A model generated the notes under the pieces. That model searched no databases and was not told the DNA's origin. It was given only the letters and a program-made list of their open reading frames with translations. This document shows, piece by piece, positions 1 to 9,363 of a stretch of DNA of 64,000 nt. The DNA comes from Candidatus Versatilivorator sp. (lineage in GTDB: Bacteria; Acidobacteriota; Terriglobia; Versatilivoradales; Versatilivoraceae): contig OZ242296.1 of the NCBI GenBank assembly GCA_965207735.1, positions 5,024,001 through 5,088,000 on the forward strand, read 5' to 3'. Position 1 is the first letter of the stretch. The number at the start of each line of letters is the position of its first letter. The translations under genes were made by a program, and so were the position numbers.

Positions 1-2
1 TT

Positions 3-569
3 CCCCATGCTCTGGCCTACGCCCGTCAGAACCTGGGACTCAATGTGCCCATGGGCCTGGTGGCGCCCCTGATCGCCAGTCCGGTCTCGGGAGACCTGAG
101 CGGGGTGGTGATCGGAGCCCGGGTGGTGGCGCAGGCGGACACGCAAGACCCGAGCAAGGGGCAGTACGGCGTCTTCTTCACGGCGGTGCCCCGGGGTCAG
201 GGGTTCACCGGCAGCGCCTGGGTGGACGGGTTGCAACAGAATGAGGAGAACCGCAGCAACCTGGCCCTGATCAACACCGGAGAGGTCGACGACCAGGACA
301 TTGTCTTCGAGATCGACATCTACGACGGGGAGACCTCAACACTGAGCAAGACCGTTACCATGGGGGAGGAAGACAAGCTCGTGGTCCCGGCCAAGGGTTT
401 CAAGCAGATCGACCAGGTGCTGAAGCACGCTCCGGGAACCACGCAAGGCTACATTCGGATCCGCAGGGTCTCGGGCGCCAACCCCTTCCTGGCCTACGGG
501 GTGGTCAACGACGGCGGGTCTCCGGGTCAGAGAACCGGTGACGGCGCCTATATCCCGGCCAGGGAGTAG
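3..569 (+). CDS. 3' part of a large secreted/surface protein (runs off the left edge); paralog of the C-terminal module of 57428..60724
   Basis: Frame is open from position 3. GLQQNEENRSNLALINTGEVDD...RVSGANPFLAYGVVNDGGSPGQRTGDGA closely matches the C-terminus of the 1098-aa NHL protein. Confidence 0.8.
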   Translation, partial: PHALAYARQNLGLNVPMGLVAPLIASPVSGDLSGVVIGARVVAQADTQDPSKGQYGVFFTAVPRGQGFTGSAWVDGLQQNEENRSNLALINTGEVDDQDIVFEIDIYDGETSTLSKTVTMGEEDKLVVPAKGFKQIDQVLKHAPGTTQGYIRIRRVSGANPFLAYGVVNDGGSPGQRTGDGAYIPARE

Positions 570-659
570 GCGTCGGAGTTTTCACTGCGGGACGTCCGTT
601 TCTAATGGCATCGCCCGGCTCGCCCCCACGGCTACTCGCAGACGCCGCCTTCGCGGTTA

Positions 660-886
660 TACACCCCCCGCAGCCGCTCCAACACCACCGTCGTCTTGCG
701 ACGCGCCGACCATCGGCCCTTCCCCCGACCACCGACAGGTGTGGCGTCGCTCCGGTCGCCCTACGGGCTTCCTTCGCGCCCCCACCTGCCCCATTCCTTC
801 CTCTGGACATAGCCTGTTCCTACTCTCCTGTAGCTTCTTATACAGGTTCTCAAATCACTGTCCAAAGAAATCGTGGGGCGGGGGAG
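660..886 (-). mobile_element. Degenerate left-end remnant of an IS3-like element (truncated, frameshifted orfA)
   Basis: Minus strand: end-like sequence TCCCCCGCCCCACGATTTCTTTGGACAG, AGGAG RBS, ATG at 810 giving ...EARRATG..., then after a frameshift GRWSARRKTTVVLERLRG, typical of IS3-type orfA N-termini. It abuts the truncation point of the halogenase. Confidence 0.5.
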
Positions 887-2005
887 GGCGAAGGCAGTTG
901 GCCGAGCCTGGTTCAGGAGTTGCGGGAACTGACGAATCTTCCTCATGAAACCGTCCAGCAGCGCCTGAAGGGAACTCGCAAGTACGGTGTGGCATTCGAG
1001 GGATGGGGTCGGCGCCATCGAGACTTCACCCACTACTTCACGCCGCAACAGGTGTCCTACGCCTACCACCTGTCCGCCGACTCGATGGCGGAACTACTGC
1101 ACGAAAGCTCGCACGCCCGCCACATCGATGCCAAAGTGCTCAATATCACCCGGGTGGAGGGTGGCGCCCAGGTGGAATTCGAGGGTCTTGCGCCGGAACG
1201 CTACGACCTGGTCTTCGATGCCCGTGGGTTTCCACGCGAACTTCATCCGGACCGGCACATCGACATCTCATTCATCCCCACCAATACAGCCGTCATCCGG
1301 CGCTGTCCGGCAATCGTCAAAGAAGAGGGTGACGGGCCGGTTCTGCAACATACTTATACCCGTGCGGTTGCGCGTCCCCACGGTTGGATATTCATCATTC
1401 CGCTTACGGTCCACACCTCCTACGGGTACATCTTCAACCGCGATGTATCCGGCCTTGCCGAAGTCGAATCCGACTTTGACGCGTTCCTTGAAGCCGATGG
1501 CGTATCCGAATTCGAGCCACGAGCCGTCATTCCGTTTCCCAATTTCGTCCATCGCCACATGTACGATGGCGCGGTGGCCCGCATCGGCAACGCGGCGGCC
1601 TTTATGGAACCCCTGGAAGCAACGGCGATCGTATCCGCCCAGTTTCAGATCGGGATGGTTCTCCAGATGCGCCTTAACCGTTCGGTAGAGTATCTCGAGC
1701 GCGACGCTCCCGTGGTCAATCGATTTCTCGTCAACAAAATGCTCTGCTACGGTCTGTTCGTCGGCTGGCACTATTCCTGCGGCTCGAAGTACAACAGCGG
1801 ATTTTGGCGCCACGCTCGCGACCACGTCTGGCCACAGCACCGCAAGGCGACGGACCCCGAGGTGGTGGGTTGCGACGCGCTTGGCAGATTCGACTCAATG
1901 ATCGAACTGATGAACCAGTCGGTCATAGACAAGTCGGACTGGGATCGGATGTGTGCGGTCCCTCTCACCAGTTACTGCCAGGTGTCTCAGGGTCTTGGCT
2001 GTTAG
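887..2005 (+). pseudogene. Flavin-dependent (tryptophan) halogenase family gene, 5'-truncated; the 605..2005 ORF is a chimera with the IS remnant
   Basis: Motifs GEGSWP, GTRKYGVAF (catalytic Lys position), YAYHL, FDARGF, GWIFIIP and IGNAAAFMEPLEATAI are present. The N-terminal GxGxxG FAD-binding strand is absent. Confidence 0.75.
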
Positions 2006-2011
2006 CTCTAG

Positions 2012-3591
2012 GAGTCTGCGCCGCAGGACGATTTCGGAAAGTTCAAGAGCGAGAGGCTACTGCGCAAGGCCGGTTCCAAGGAGTGCTTGGGAGCCACTTG
2101 GGCGTTGATAGAGTCTCAAGCGTCCTGTGGGCTCCCACAATGGGCGGTTGAGGACCTCCGTGGCCCTGGGTATTGGGTGGAAATCCCTTGCTTCAGGCCG
2201 CCATCAACGCACTCATCCTCTTGATGTTGAGGGCCAGACACACCAAGTCCCACTCCCCCTGCACTGATTGCAAGCCCCGCAGACTGAACCGTCGGAATCC
2301 CAGCCCCTCCTTGATCCACCCATGAGGGGCTTCGGCAATCCACTTCCTCCGCCGATACTCCACCTGACCGGCTAGGCTGGCCAGCTTCTTCCTCATACGA
2401 CTCTTGGCCGGATGCTTCCTGGGATCGATCTCTACCGCCCGCTTCCCCTCGCGCCCCAGCGCAACATAACCGTCCACTCCTCTCTCTTCCAGGGCCTGCA
2501 AGTCCTCCTCATTGCAGTAGCCCGCATCCGCCAGCACCTGTTTCGGTATCTCCTGGAAGCTCTCCTCCACCTCCTCCAGCAACTCCATCATCTGCCCCTG
2601 ATCGCTCGCCTGCGCCGTTACCTCGGTGGCCACAATGATCTGGTGCTCTCCGTCCACCGCCACCTGCGCGTTGTAGCATTGCTGGAACCCCTCGGTGGAA
2701 GTCTTCATGATCCGGCTTTCCGGATCGGTGAAATTACTCTGCGCCTTCTCCTCCGGTTCTCCGTAGGCCCGCTTGTAGGGCCGTCGTGCTTTCGGGTTGC
2801 GGTCCTGTCCCGGTTTGCGCCCCCGCTCCTCATCGGCCTCCCGCTGGGCCGCCTCCAGCCGCTGCTTGGCCGCCTCGATCGCCGCCAGCCGGTCCTCCCG
2901 CCGCCGCAACTCCTCGGGCAACTCATCCCCACGCCGGTCTTCCCCGTACCGCTCATCTTCCTCCCGGTCCTCCCGCCGCGCCTTCTTCAACAACTCATGG
3001 ATCTCTGCCTTCAGTTGCCGCTCCCGCTCCTTCATCCGACCATAGCTCATCGCCTTGCGCCGGCTCGCGTTCGCCCGCACCTTCGTCCCGTCGATCCCCA
3101 ATCGCCCCAACCCCACCATCCCCATCTCCCGCGCCAAGCTCACCACCTGTACGAACAGCTGCTTGAAGTCCTTCAAATGCCGGCGGCGAAACTCGCACAA
3201 CGTCCGATGCTGCGGAAAGTTCCCCGCCGCCAGCATCCGAAACGCCACGTCTTCCTCCAGCTTCCTCGCGATCTTGCGCGACGAGAACACCCCTGTCGCA
3301 TAGGCGTAAATCAACACCTTCACCATCATCCGCGGCTCGTAGGGCGAGTTGCGCCTCCCGTCCTCTTCATAGGGCCGGTAAAACGCTCTCAACTCCAGCC
3401 CATCCACCAACTCACTCACCTGATGGGCCAAGTGCCCTTCCGGTACCCACTCCCCCAGGTCCGGCGGCAACATCAACAGTTGCTTCGGCTGATACGGGCG
3501 AAACCTTGTCCCCATCCACCACCTCCTATGATGTCTCTAAGCCCGTTATTGTATCATTCAGCCCTGCCCGGGTTTTCTGCGGCGCAGACTC
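2012..3591 (-). mobile_element. IS1182-family insertion sequence, copy 1
   Basis: 15-bp terminal IRs GAGTCTGCGCCGCAG (2012-2026 and 3577-3591), flanked by CTAG at 2008-2011 and 3592-3595; single transposase ORF. Confidence 0.92.
2193..3515 (-). CDS. IS1182-family DDE transposase (440 aa)
   Basis: DUF772-like N-terminus (YAYATGVFSSRKIA); IDGTKVRANAS, TDPESRIMK, YNAQVAVD, LADAGY, GFRRFSLRGL. Confidence 0.93.
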   Translation of the reverse strand: MGTRFRPYQPKQLLMLPPDLGEWVPEGHLAHQVSELVDGLELRAFYRPYEEDGRRNSPYEPRMMVKVLIYAYATGVFSSRKIARKLEEDVAFRMLAAGNFPQHRTLCEFRRRHLKDFKQLFVQVVSLAREMGMVGLGRLGIDGTKVRANASRRKAMSYGRMKERERQLKAEIHELLKKARREDREEDERYGEDRRGDELPEELRRREDRLAAIEAAKQRLEAAQREADEERGRKPGQDRNPKARRPYKRAYGEPEEKAQSNFTDPESRIMKTSTEGFQQCYNAQVAVDGEHQIIVATEVTAQASDQGQMMELLEEVEESFQEIPKQVLADAGYCNEEDLQALEERGVDGYVALGREGKRAVEIDPRKHPAKSRMRKKLASLAGQVEYRRRKWIAEAPHGWIKEGLGFRRFSLRGLQSVQGEWDLVCLALNIKRMSALMAA

Positions 3592-3595
3592 CTAG

Positions 3596-4707
3596 CCCGC
3601 ATTTCTCAGTGCGCCATGGAAAGGCGCCTTCTTCCAACGGGTGCGAAACCCGTCCAACAACTGTCGCTCCGGTTGGTAGCAGCCAGGGCGGATCATGGAG
3701 GTAACGATATGGTCTGAAGCCCTCTGGTGTCAAAGGGCCGCTTAAGGCGGTTCAGCGAGCATGCGGGCCGGAACGCGAGTGAACGTCGAGCAGGCCTCGA
3801 AACGGGCAATGCGGGGGCCGACCCACCTGAGAAATGGGGAAGGCCGAAGACGGAGGGGGAAGCGAGCGACGCGGGCACCCCTTTGGACCCGCCGGGGTAG
3901 TGGCGCTGGCACGCATGGAAGGGGAAGAAGGCAGCAACATGGGAAGCCCTGTGGGTGGTGAGGCACGCACCGAACCGGAAGCTCGCGAGAGTCAGTCTAG
4001 GCCGACAGGGTGGCGGAGAGGCCTGTAGTACCGGAGAAGCCGGGTAATACCGGTGGAGGGAAGGGGCCTCAGGTGAGGAGCGGTGACCGAAGGGGGAAGG
4101 GTCCCGGGAGTGGCGAAAGCCTGAAACCCCGACCAAAAAAGGGCCGGAGACTCCGGAAGCATCACATGCAAAAGTGAAAGGGTCGTCGGAGGAGGACGGC
4201 GTCGTCAGGGCATCAACAGGCCTGGCGGCAACCCGGGAGCGGAAGTGGATGGAGTGGGGGACGGGTGCCAATCCCATAGGAGTCGTCCACGGATGCGAGC
4301 GGGGACCTGTGTGCGAGACGCATGATCCCACTGGAGAGCCGAGATGCGGGAAAACCGCACGTCCGGTTCGGAGAGCGGGGACTGGAAACGTGATAAGGGA
4401 GCCGGACTGAGGCCCGAAGCGAAAGCGACGGAATAGCCACCGGACCCTATAGTCAACGCGCCAGTCCTCGACTCTACCCAGGTCGCTGGTGCCATGACGA
4501 CAAGTAGTTTATCTTCAGTACGTTGATTGGCTCTATGGTAAGGGCTTGCGGGTAACAGACTGCGCTGGGCATGCCTTGGCTTGTCTTTTTCCCTTCAGCG
4601 CGCACATGCTCCCTCGCGCGTAGTGACCGCTACGCTCTTCGGTCGCGAGCACGCGCTGAAGGGAAAAATCCTGCGCCATGTTCATGCCCCCTGGTGAGAA
4701 ATGCGGG
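3596..4707. mobile_element. MITE (~243 bp without the intron), left IR interrupted by a group II intron; copy 1
   Basis: Removing 3609-4477 restores CCCGCATTTCTCA|CCAGG, the exact inverse of the right end CCTGGTGAGAAATGCGGG (4690-4707). CTAG flanks both sides. Internal 17-bp-stem hairpin at 4586-4602/4652-4668. No ORF. Parent IS family uncertain (CC- ends resemble IS1380). Confidence 0.85.
3609..4477 (+). ncRNA. ORF-less group II intron (IIB-like), 869 nt, copy 1
   Basis: 5' GTGCG. Domain V GAGCCGAGATGCGGGAAAACCGCACGTCCGGTTC (4336-4369, AGC triad). Long domain VI with bulged A at 4471 and 3' AC. EBS1 TGAGAAA (3828-3834) and EBS2 GCGGGC (3763-3768) match the 5' exon. No RT ORF. Confidence 0.92.
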
Positions 4708-4718
4708 CTAGTCTTGCC

Positions 4719-6314
4719 TCAATCCTCCTCCACGAACTGGAAGCTGAACAGCTCGGCGTTCTGCAGGAAGAAGTGCAGCTTCAGGAATCTCTCCGCGGGA
4801 AGTCTGGATTGGCCTCGCCATCTCAGAGGGCAGCTCACGCTATCGGACTCGACGGTCAGGCAGTTTTGCCGCTCGAAACCGGGCAGCACTTTCCCCTGTC
4901 CGTCGGCGATGGCTGCCTGCAACCGGCCTCCGGGATGGCATTTCAGGTTGACGACCAGGCCGCCGCCGGTTGGAAAGAGGGGCCGGGTCGCCAGAATTCC
5001 GGTGCGGGCCGGACCCGCGGCCAGCGAGACGAAGCGGTCCCGCTTCATTTTGGCCAGGCCCAGGGCGTAGTTCACCCGGTCCAGCCTGCCGCTTTCGGCA
5101 ACCTCCAGTCCCTCGTGGAATCCCACCATCCACCAGTCGTGATGGACATTGGCGCCGCCGTGGTACACGTAGAGGTCGTCCCCCACCTCGATCGGCTTGC
5201 TGCACACGGTGGCCATGCATGGATACCAGCTCCCTTCGTTCCCCGGGGCCAGCCAGGGTTGTCCCGGACGGATCCGTTTGAAATCCTTCCCGTTGCGTGA
5301 ATAGGTCAACTGGACGTCCATGGTGTTGTCGGTGTTGTGAAGGACGTTGAGCAACCCCAGCCAATCATCCCCGATCCGGAACTGCTCCATGCCGTAGAAC
5401 TCGTCGTCGATGTTGTCGTGGTCGTGGTCGGGAACGACAAGCGGCGTCGGAGTGGACCAGTGGATCATGTCGCTGCTCTCCATCCGGAAAATCCGCCGCC
5501 GCCTTTCCTGGGCGAACCGATGCGGGTAGCTGGGTGCAATCCATCCGCCGTCGGTGGGGTTGCGCATGTCCTGGACGACGCTGGAGCCCATGTCGGGGTG
5601 GCGTCCGTTCAGACGATAGAGGCCCGATTCGGGATCGATCGAGACGGTCACCACGTCGCCTGCAACCGAGCCACAGTGGCCGTAGCGGACGGGCTCCGGG
5701 TGAACTATCCAGTGAATCCCGTCGCTTGAATAAGCGCTGCGAAACGTCCCGCTGATCGGGTCATCGTCTTCCGGGCTGGCTCCGTTCTCGAAGATCGCCT
5801 TGTAGCGGCGAGACGGGTCGGTTTCGTGCGTGTCCAGCAGAACGTAGGCGCAGTGGGCCGGGCCCACCGGCTCGTAGCCGCCAAGCACCACGTTGGTGCG
5901 CCGGCCCTTTTCGGTCACGATTCCCAAGGCGGGTTTTTCCCAGGCGATCCCGTCTTCGGACTGGGCGTACAGCACCCGGGAAGGACAGGCGCGGTGAAGA
6001 TTGACGCAGAGCTTGCGGTCCGAGGGGCGGACCCAGGAGGTGGCTCTGGAGAAGTCGTCGATCCGCCAGTCCTCGTACCAGCACTTGAAGAGGCCGTCTT
6101 GCGGATCCCGGATCACGTTCCAGGTGTTGCAGGTGAAATAAAGCACGTGTTCCCAGGGACGGTCCTTGCCCAGGACAGGGAGGTCGCCGGCCGGTTGGGG
6201 CGAATGGAATCGCCGCGTCAGGTTCTGGGTCTGCTCCAGCAACAGGTCGTCGAAGAAGAATTGCCTCCGGTTGCCCACGCGAAGGTAGACGCTGTCTGTG
6301 ATGAGAGGGTTCAT
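4719..6314 (-). CDS. Five-bladed beta-propeller glycoside-hydrolase-like protein (GH32/GH43-like, uncharacterised)
   Basis: YAQSEDGIAWEKP, SSDGIHW, SSDMIHW and SRNGKDF repeats; C-terminal LAKMKRDRFVSL. ATG at 6314 follows a GAGGT RBS. Confidence 0.7.
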   Translation of the reverse strand: MNPLITDSVYLRVGNRRQFFFDDLLLEQTQNLTRRFHSPQPAGDLPVLGKDRPWEHVLYFTCNTWNVIRDPQDGLFKCWYEDWRIDDFSRATSWVRPSDRKLCVNLHRACPSRVLYAQSEDGIAWEKPALGIVTEKGRRTNVVLGGYEPVGPAHCAYVLLDTHETDPSRRYKAIFENGASPEDDDPISGTFRSAYSSDGIHWIVHPEPVRYGHCGSVAGDVVTVSIDPESGLYRLNGRHPDMGSSVVQDMRNPTDGGWIAPSYPHRFAQERRRRIFRMESSDMIHWSTPTPLVVPDHDHDNIDDEFYGMEQFRIGDDWLGLLNVLHNTDNTMDVQLTYSRNGKDFKRIRPGQPWLAPGNEGSWYPCMATVCSKPIEVGDDLYVYHGGANVHHDWWMVGFHEGLEVAESGRLDRVNYALGLAKMKRDRFVSLAAGPARTGILATRPLFPTGGGLVVNLKCHPGGRLQAAIADGQGKVLPGFERQNCLTVESDSVSCPLRWRGQSRLPAERFLKLHFFLQNAELFSFQFVEED

Positions 6315-6612
6315 GGGTCGGACCTCGGGGATTCCTCGGGTTGTGGACAAGGGCTGGGGGATGTCGGCTCGGGTCGGTGGTAAGAATACAACTGTCGCTG
6401 ACCAAGTCACAAGATGCTGAAATCCCGGCCCATGGCTGCGTCTCGACCTGCAACGCAGCCCAAGCCCTGGCGACAGACGGCCGATCGCAGCCGGCTAATC
6501 TCTGCGGCGGGGATGTACGACCTGTCTACGGCGGTGTCGGCGCCGTTTATGGTACCCTCCATTTTCCACTGACCTCCGTCTTGTTCATCTTGGCCCGCCC
6601 CGGGAAAACGGC

Positions 6613-8115
6613 ATGCTTGGCCCCATCGGAGCTGTCGATACCGCCGTGGTATTGGTCTACTTCGCGGTGATCGTCTTGACCGGGATGTCGCTGTCCCGAA
6701 AGCAGAACTCAACCGAAGAGTATTTCCTCGGCCGCCGCGGCATGCACTGGCTGATGGTGGGCATCAGCATTCAGGCCTCCCTGATGTCGACAATCAGCTA
6801 TCTGTCCGTTCCCGGGGAACAGATCAAGAACGGCCTGATGTTTCACGCCGCCCAGTTGGGGGTTTTCCCCGCCATCCTGGTCATCAACCGCTTCCTATTG
6901 CCCTACTTCATGCGTAGGCGCATCACCACCGTTTACGAGTTGCTCGAACGCCGTTTTGACCTGAGGGTCCGCATGGTCGGGGCAGTCATCTTCATGGGGC
7001 TCCGCATCATCTGGATGGGCCTGGTGGTTTACACCGCCTCCTTCGCCCTGACCCGCATTACCGGCTGGGAACTTTCGACCATCATCGTGGGGGTGGCCGT
7101 GGTGGGCACGATCTACACCTGGTTGGGCGGGCTGCGGGCCGTGATGTGGACCGACGTCATCCAGTGGTCGGTGCTCCTCGGCGGCAGTCTCTTTTGCATC
7201 GGGTACATCATGGTCCGGACCTCGACCGGTCTGTTCGATTGGTGGGAGGCGGCCAGGCTGGTGCCCTACCAGCCCCAGCCGCTGTTCGACCTGGACCCCA
7301 GGGTGCGGATCACCGCCTTCGGAATCATCGTGCAGACCTTCTTCGCCAAGGTCTGCCTGCACGGTTCCGATCAGGTGGCGGTGCAGCGTTACCTGTCGAC
7401 GCCGTCGTCCCGGGCCGCCGGCCGCTCGTTCCTGGCCTACGTGGGGTGCGGCATGGTCCTGTCGGTGGTGATGGCCGTGCTGGGGTTGGCCCTGACCAGT
7501 TACTCTCAGTATGGTCCCCAGGGCGTCGGGTGGGAGGGGGCCTCGCATCCTGACGAGGTGTTTCCCTGGTTCATCGCCCACTCGCTGCCGGTGGGGGTTC
7601 GCGGTCTGGTGGTGGCGGGCCTTCTGTCGGCCGCCATGTCCAGCATAGACTCCGGAATCAACAGTCTCTCGGCCGTGGTCACCGTCGATTTCCACCAGCG
7701 GTTTCGCGCCGCCGCCGGCGACCCTCGGTCGGCGCTGCGGGTGGCCAAGCTGGTGACGCTTCTGTCCGGTTTGCTGGCCGTCGTCATGGCCTTCGGGATG
7801 CAGTCGATTCAGGGTAACCTGTACGAGGTGATGAACAAGTCCACCGGCGGTTTACCGGGCACGCTGGGCATGATTGTGCTGGCCGGGGTGCTGCTGCCCC
7901 GCTGCGGACCCCGGTCGGTGTTGGCCGGGGCCACGGTCAGCATGGTTTGCGGCTGGCTGATCGCCTTCAGCAGCGAGCTGTTCGGCCAGCCGTGGGGCAT
8001 CTCCTTCATGTGGATTATTCCGGGGGGATGCGTCTCAGGGCTGCTGGCGGCCGCAATCCTTTCCTGGATCTTTCCGGAGCCCGGCTGGGAGCGACAGCCG
8101 CGGGCAGCAACCTGA
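6613..8115 (+). CDS. Sodium:solute symporter (SSS family), sialic-acid/sugar transporter-like
   Basis: EEYFLGRR, ELLERRF, GGLRAVMWTDVIQ, DQVAVQRYL, SAAMSSIDSGINSL; about 13 hydrophobic segments. Confidence 0.9.
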   Translation: MLGPIGAVDTAVVLVYFAVIVLTGMSLSRKQNSTEEYFLGRRGMHWLMVGISIQASLMSTISYLSVPGEQIKNGLMFHAAQLGVFPAILVINRFLLPYFMRRRITTVYELLERRFDLRVRMVGAVIFMGLRIIWMGLVVYTASFALTRITGWELSTIIVGVAVVGTIYTWLGGLRAVMWTDVIQWSVLLGGSLFCIGYIMVRTSTGLFDWWEAARLVPYQPQPLFDLDPRVRITAFGIIVQTFFAKVCLHGSDQVAVQRYLSTPSSRAAGRSFLAYVGCGMVLSVVMAVLGLALTSYSQYGPQGVGWEGASHPDEVFPWFIAHSLPVGVRGLVVAGLLSAAMSSIDSGINSLSAVVTVDFHQRFRAAAGDPRSALRVAKLVTLLSGLLAVVMAFGMQSIQGNLYEVMNKSTGGLPGTLGMIVLAGVLLPRCGPRSVLAGATVSMVCGWLIAFSSELFGQPWGISFMWIIPGGCVSGLLAAAILSWIFPEPGWERQPRAAT

Positions 8116-8168
8116 CCCAGCGGTCTCCGATCACGGTGGCACCGCCATATGAATCCACCGGGCCACAA

Positions 8169-9350
8169 TCAGGGAGATCGGCCGCTGCCTGTCAGGCTGT
8201 CCTTGCCCTGGGTCAGCCATGTCAGGTCGAATCGGGCGAAGGTGATTTTTTCGTAGGGGGTCCGGTCGCCTCTCTCGTAGAGGCAGCCGGCCGTCATGTC
8301 GGGCAGCACCGTCAGGCAGGAGTAGGCGGACGGCCCGGCGTGAATCTGCCGGGAGGCGGGCCAGGTGCGGCCCTCGTCGTAGCTGAGACGGACCGTCATG
8401 TTGGTGCGATCGAGGGCGGACGGGTTGGAAAAGAGGAGCCGGTCCCTGTCGTGATCCAGCCGGTTGGTGAAGTTGGAGAGACTGGCCTGGCAGCGGGGCT
8501 CGATGAGAGCCGGGTCCAGACTGACTTTTGACCAGCTCATCCCCCCGTCGGTGCTTCTGCTGATTCTGCGCCGGTTCCCCTCGGTCCCGCGCATGTTGAG
8601 CAGAAGGGTTCCGTCGCTCAGTTCCGCTACCTGGCTTTCATTGGTGGTCCCGTTGGTGTAGGCTTCGCCGCCGATCTGCCAGGACTCTCCGTGGTCGTCG
8701 CTGAAGACCACGTGAGAAGCCGCGTAGCCGTCCTTTACAAAATACTTGGGAACGACCAGGCGTCCGCTTCGCATCTGCATGCCCTTGCCGGGTCCGGGGG
8801 ATCCGGAGTTCCACTCGGGCTTCTTGAACATGGGCGTGAGGTCTATCTTGTCCGACCAGGTCAGGCCGTCGTCGGTGCTCTTGATGGCCCAGTACATGAA
8901 GGTATCTCCGGACAATCCCGGTTTGGCGGTGCTGGTGCCCACTCCAACCGGACAGTAGACGGTGAAGACCCAGATAGTGCCCGTCTGCCGGTCCACCAGT
9001 CCGCAGGAATCGGCGGTGGCGCCCTCGCCGACGTCCAGCAACACCTGAAGAGGTCCCCAGGTCCGGCCCTGATCGGTGCTCCGTTTCATGACCAGGTCGA
9101 TGTTGTTGGGCGGATCTCCCGGCTTTTCCACCCGGGCGTCGCAGAACGCCAGCAGCGTCCCCCGGGTGGAGGTCAGCAGCACCGGGATGCGAAACTGGGC
9201 GATGCCGTCCTGGCCGGCGACGAAGACGTCGGTCTCCTCGAAGAGGCCGGTCTGCGACGGCCCGGTGTCCGGCTCGCCTGAGCCCGGACCGCAAGTCGGA
9301 GTGCACAGCATTACTGCCGCCAGCAGACAGTGGGGTAGGGGTGTCTTCAC
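8169..9350 (-). CDS. Exo-alpha-sialidase (GH33), secreted
   Basis: FRIP motif; Asp boxes STDQGRTW, STDDGLTW, SDDHGESW, STDGGMSW, SYDEGRTW; catalytic Tyr in SAYS. GTG start follows GAGGAG. Confidence 0.9.
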   Translation of the reverse strand: MKTPLPHCLLAAVMLCTPTCGPGSGEPDTGPSQTGLFEETDVFVAGQDGIAQFRIPVLLTSTRGTLLAFCDARVEKPGDPPNNIDLVMKRSTDQGRTWGPLQVLLDVGEGATADSCGLVDRQTGTIWVFTVYCPVGVGTSTAKPGLSGDTFMYWAIKSTDDGLTWSDKIDLTPMFKKPEWNSGSPGPGKGMQMRSGRLVVPKYFVKDGYAASHVVFSDDHGESWQIGGEAYTNGTTNESQVAELSDGTLLLNMRGTEGNRRRISRSTDGGMSWSKVSLDPALIEPRCQASLSNFTNRLDHDRDRLLFSNPSALDRTNMTVRLSYDEGRTWPASRQIHAGPSAYSCLTVLPDMTAGCLYERGDRTPYEKITFARFDLTWLTQGKDSLTGSGRSP

Positions 9351-9363
9351 GGGTGAGCTCCTC

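Noticed and set aside
2412-3704. 430-aa plus-strand ORF (and its twin at 49072..50364)
   Set aside because: Antisense shadow of the IS1182 transposase that runs across the IS, MITE and intron junctions; no motifs.
3693-4331. 212-aa minus-strand ORF inside the intron as a possible intron-encoded protein
   Set aside because: Wrong strand, no RT motifs (no YADD), and a Pro/Ser/Arg-rich composition typical of antisense structured RNA.
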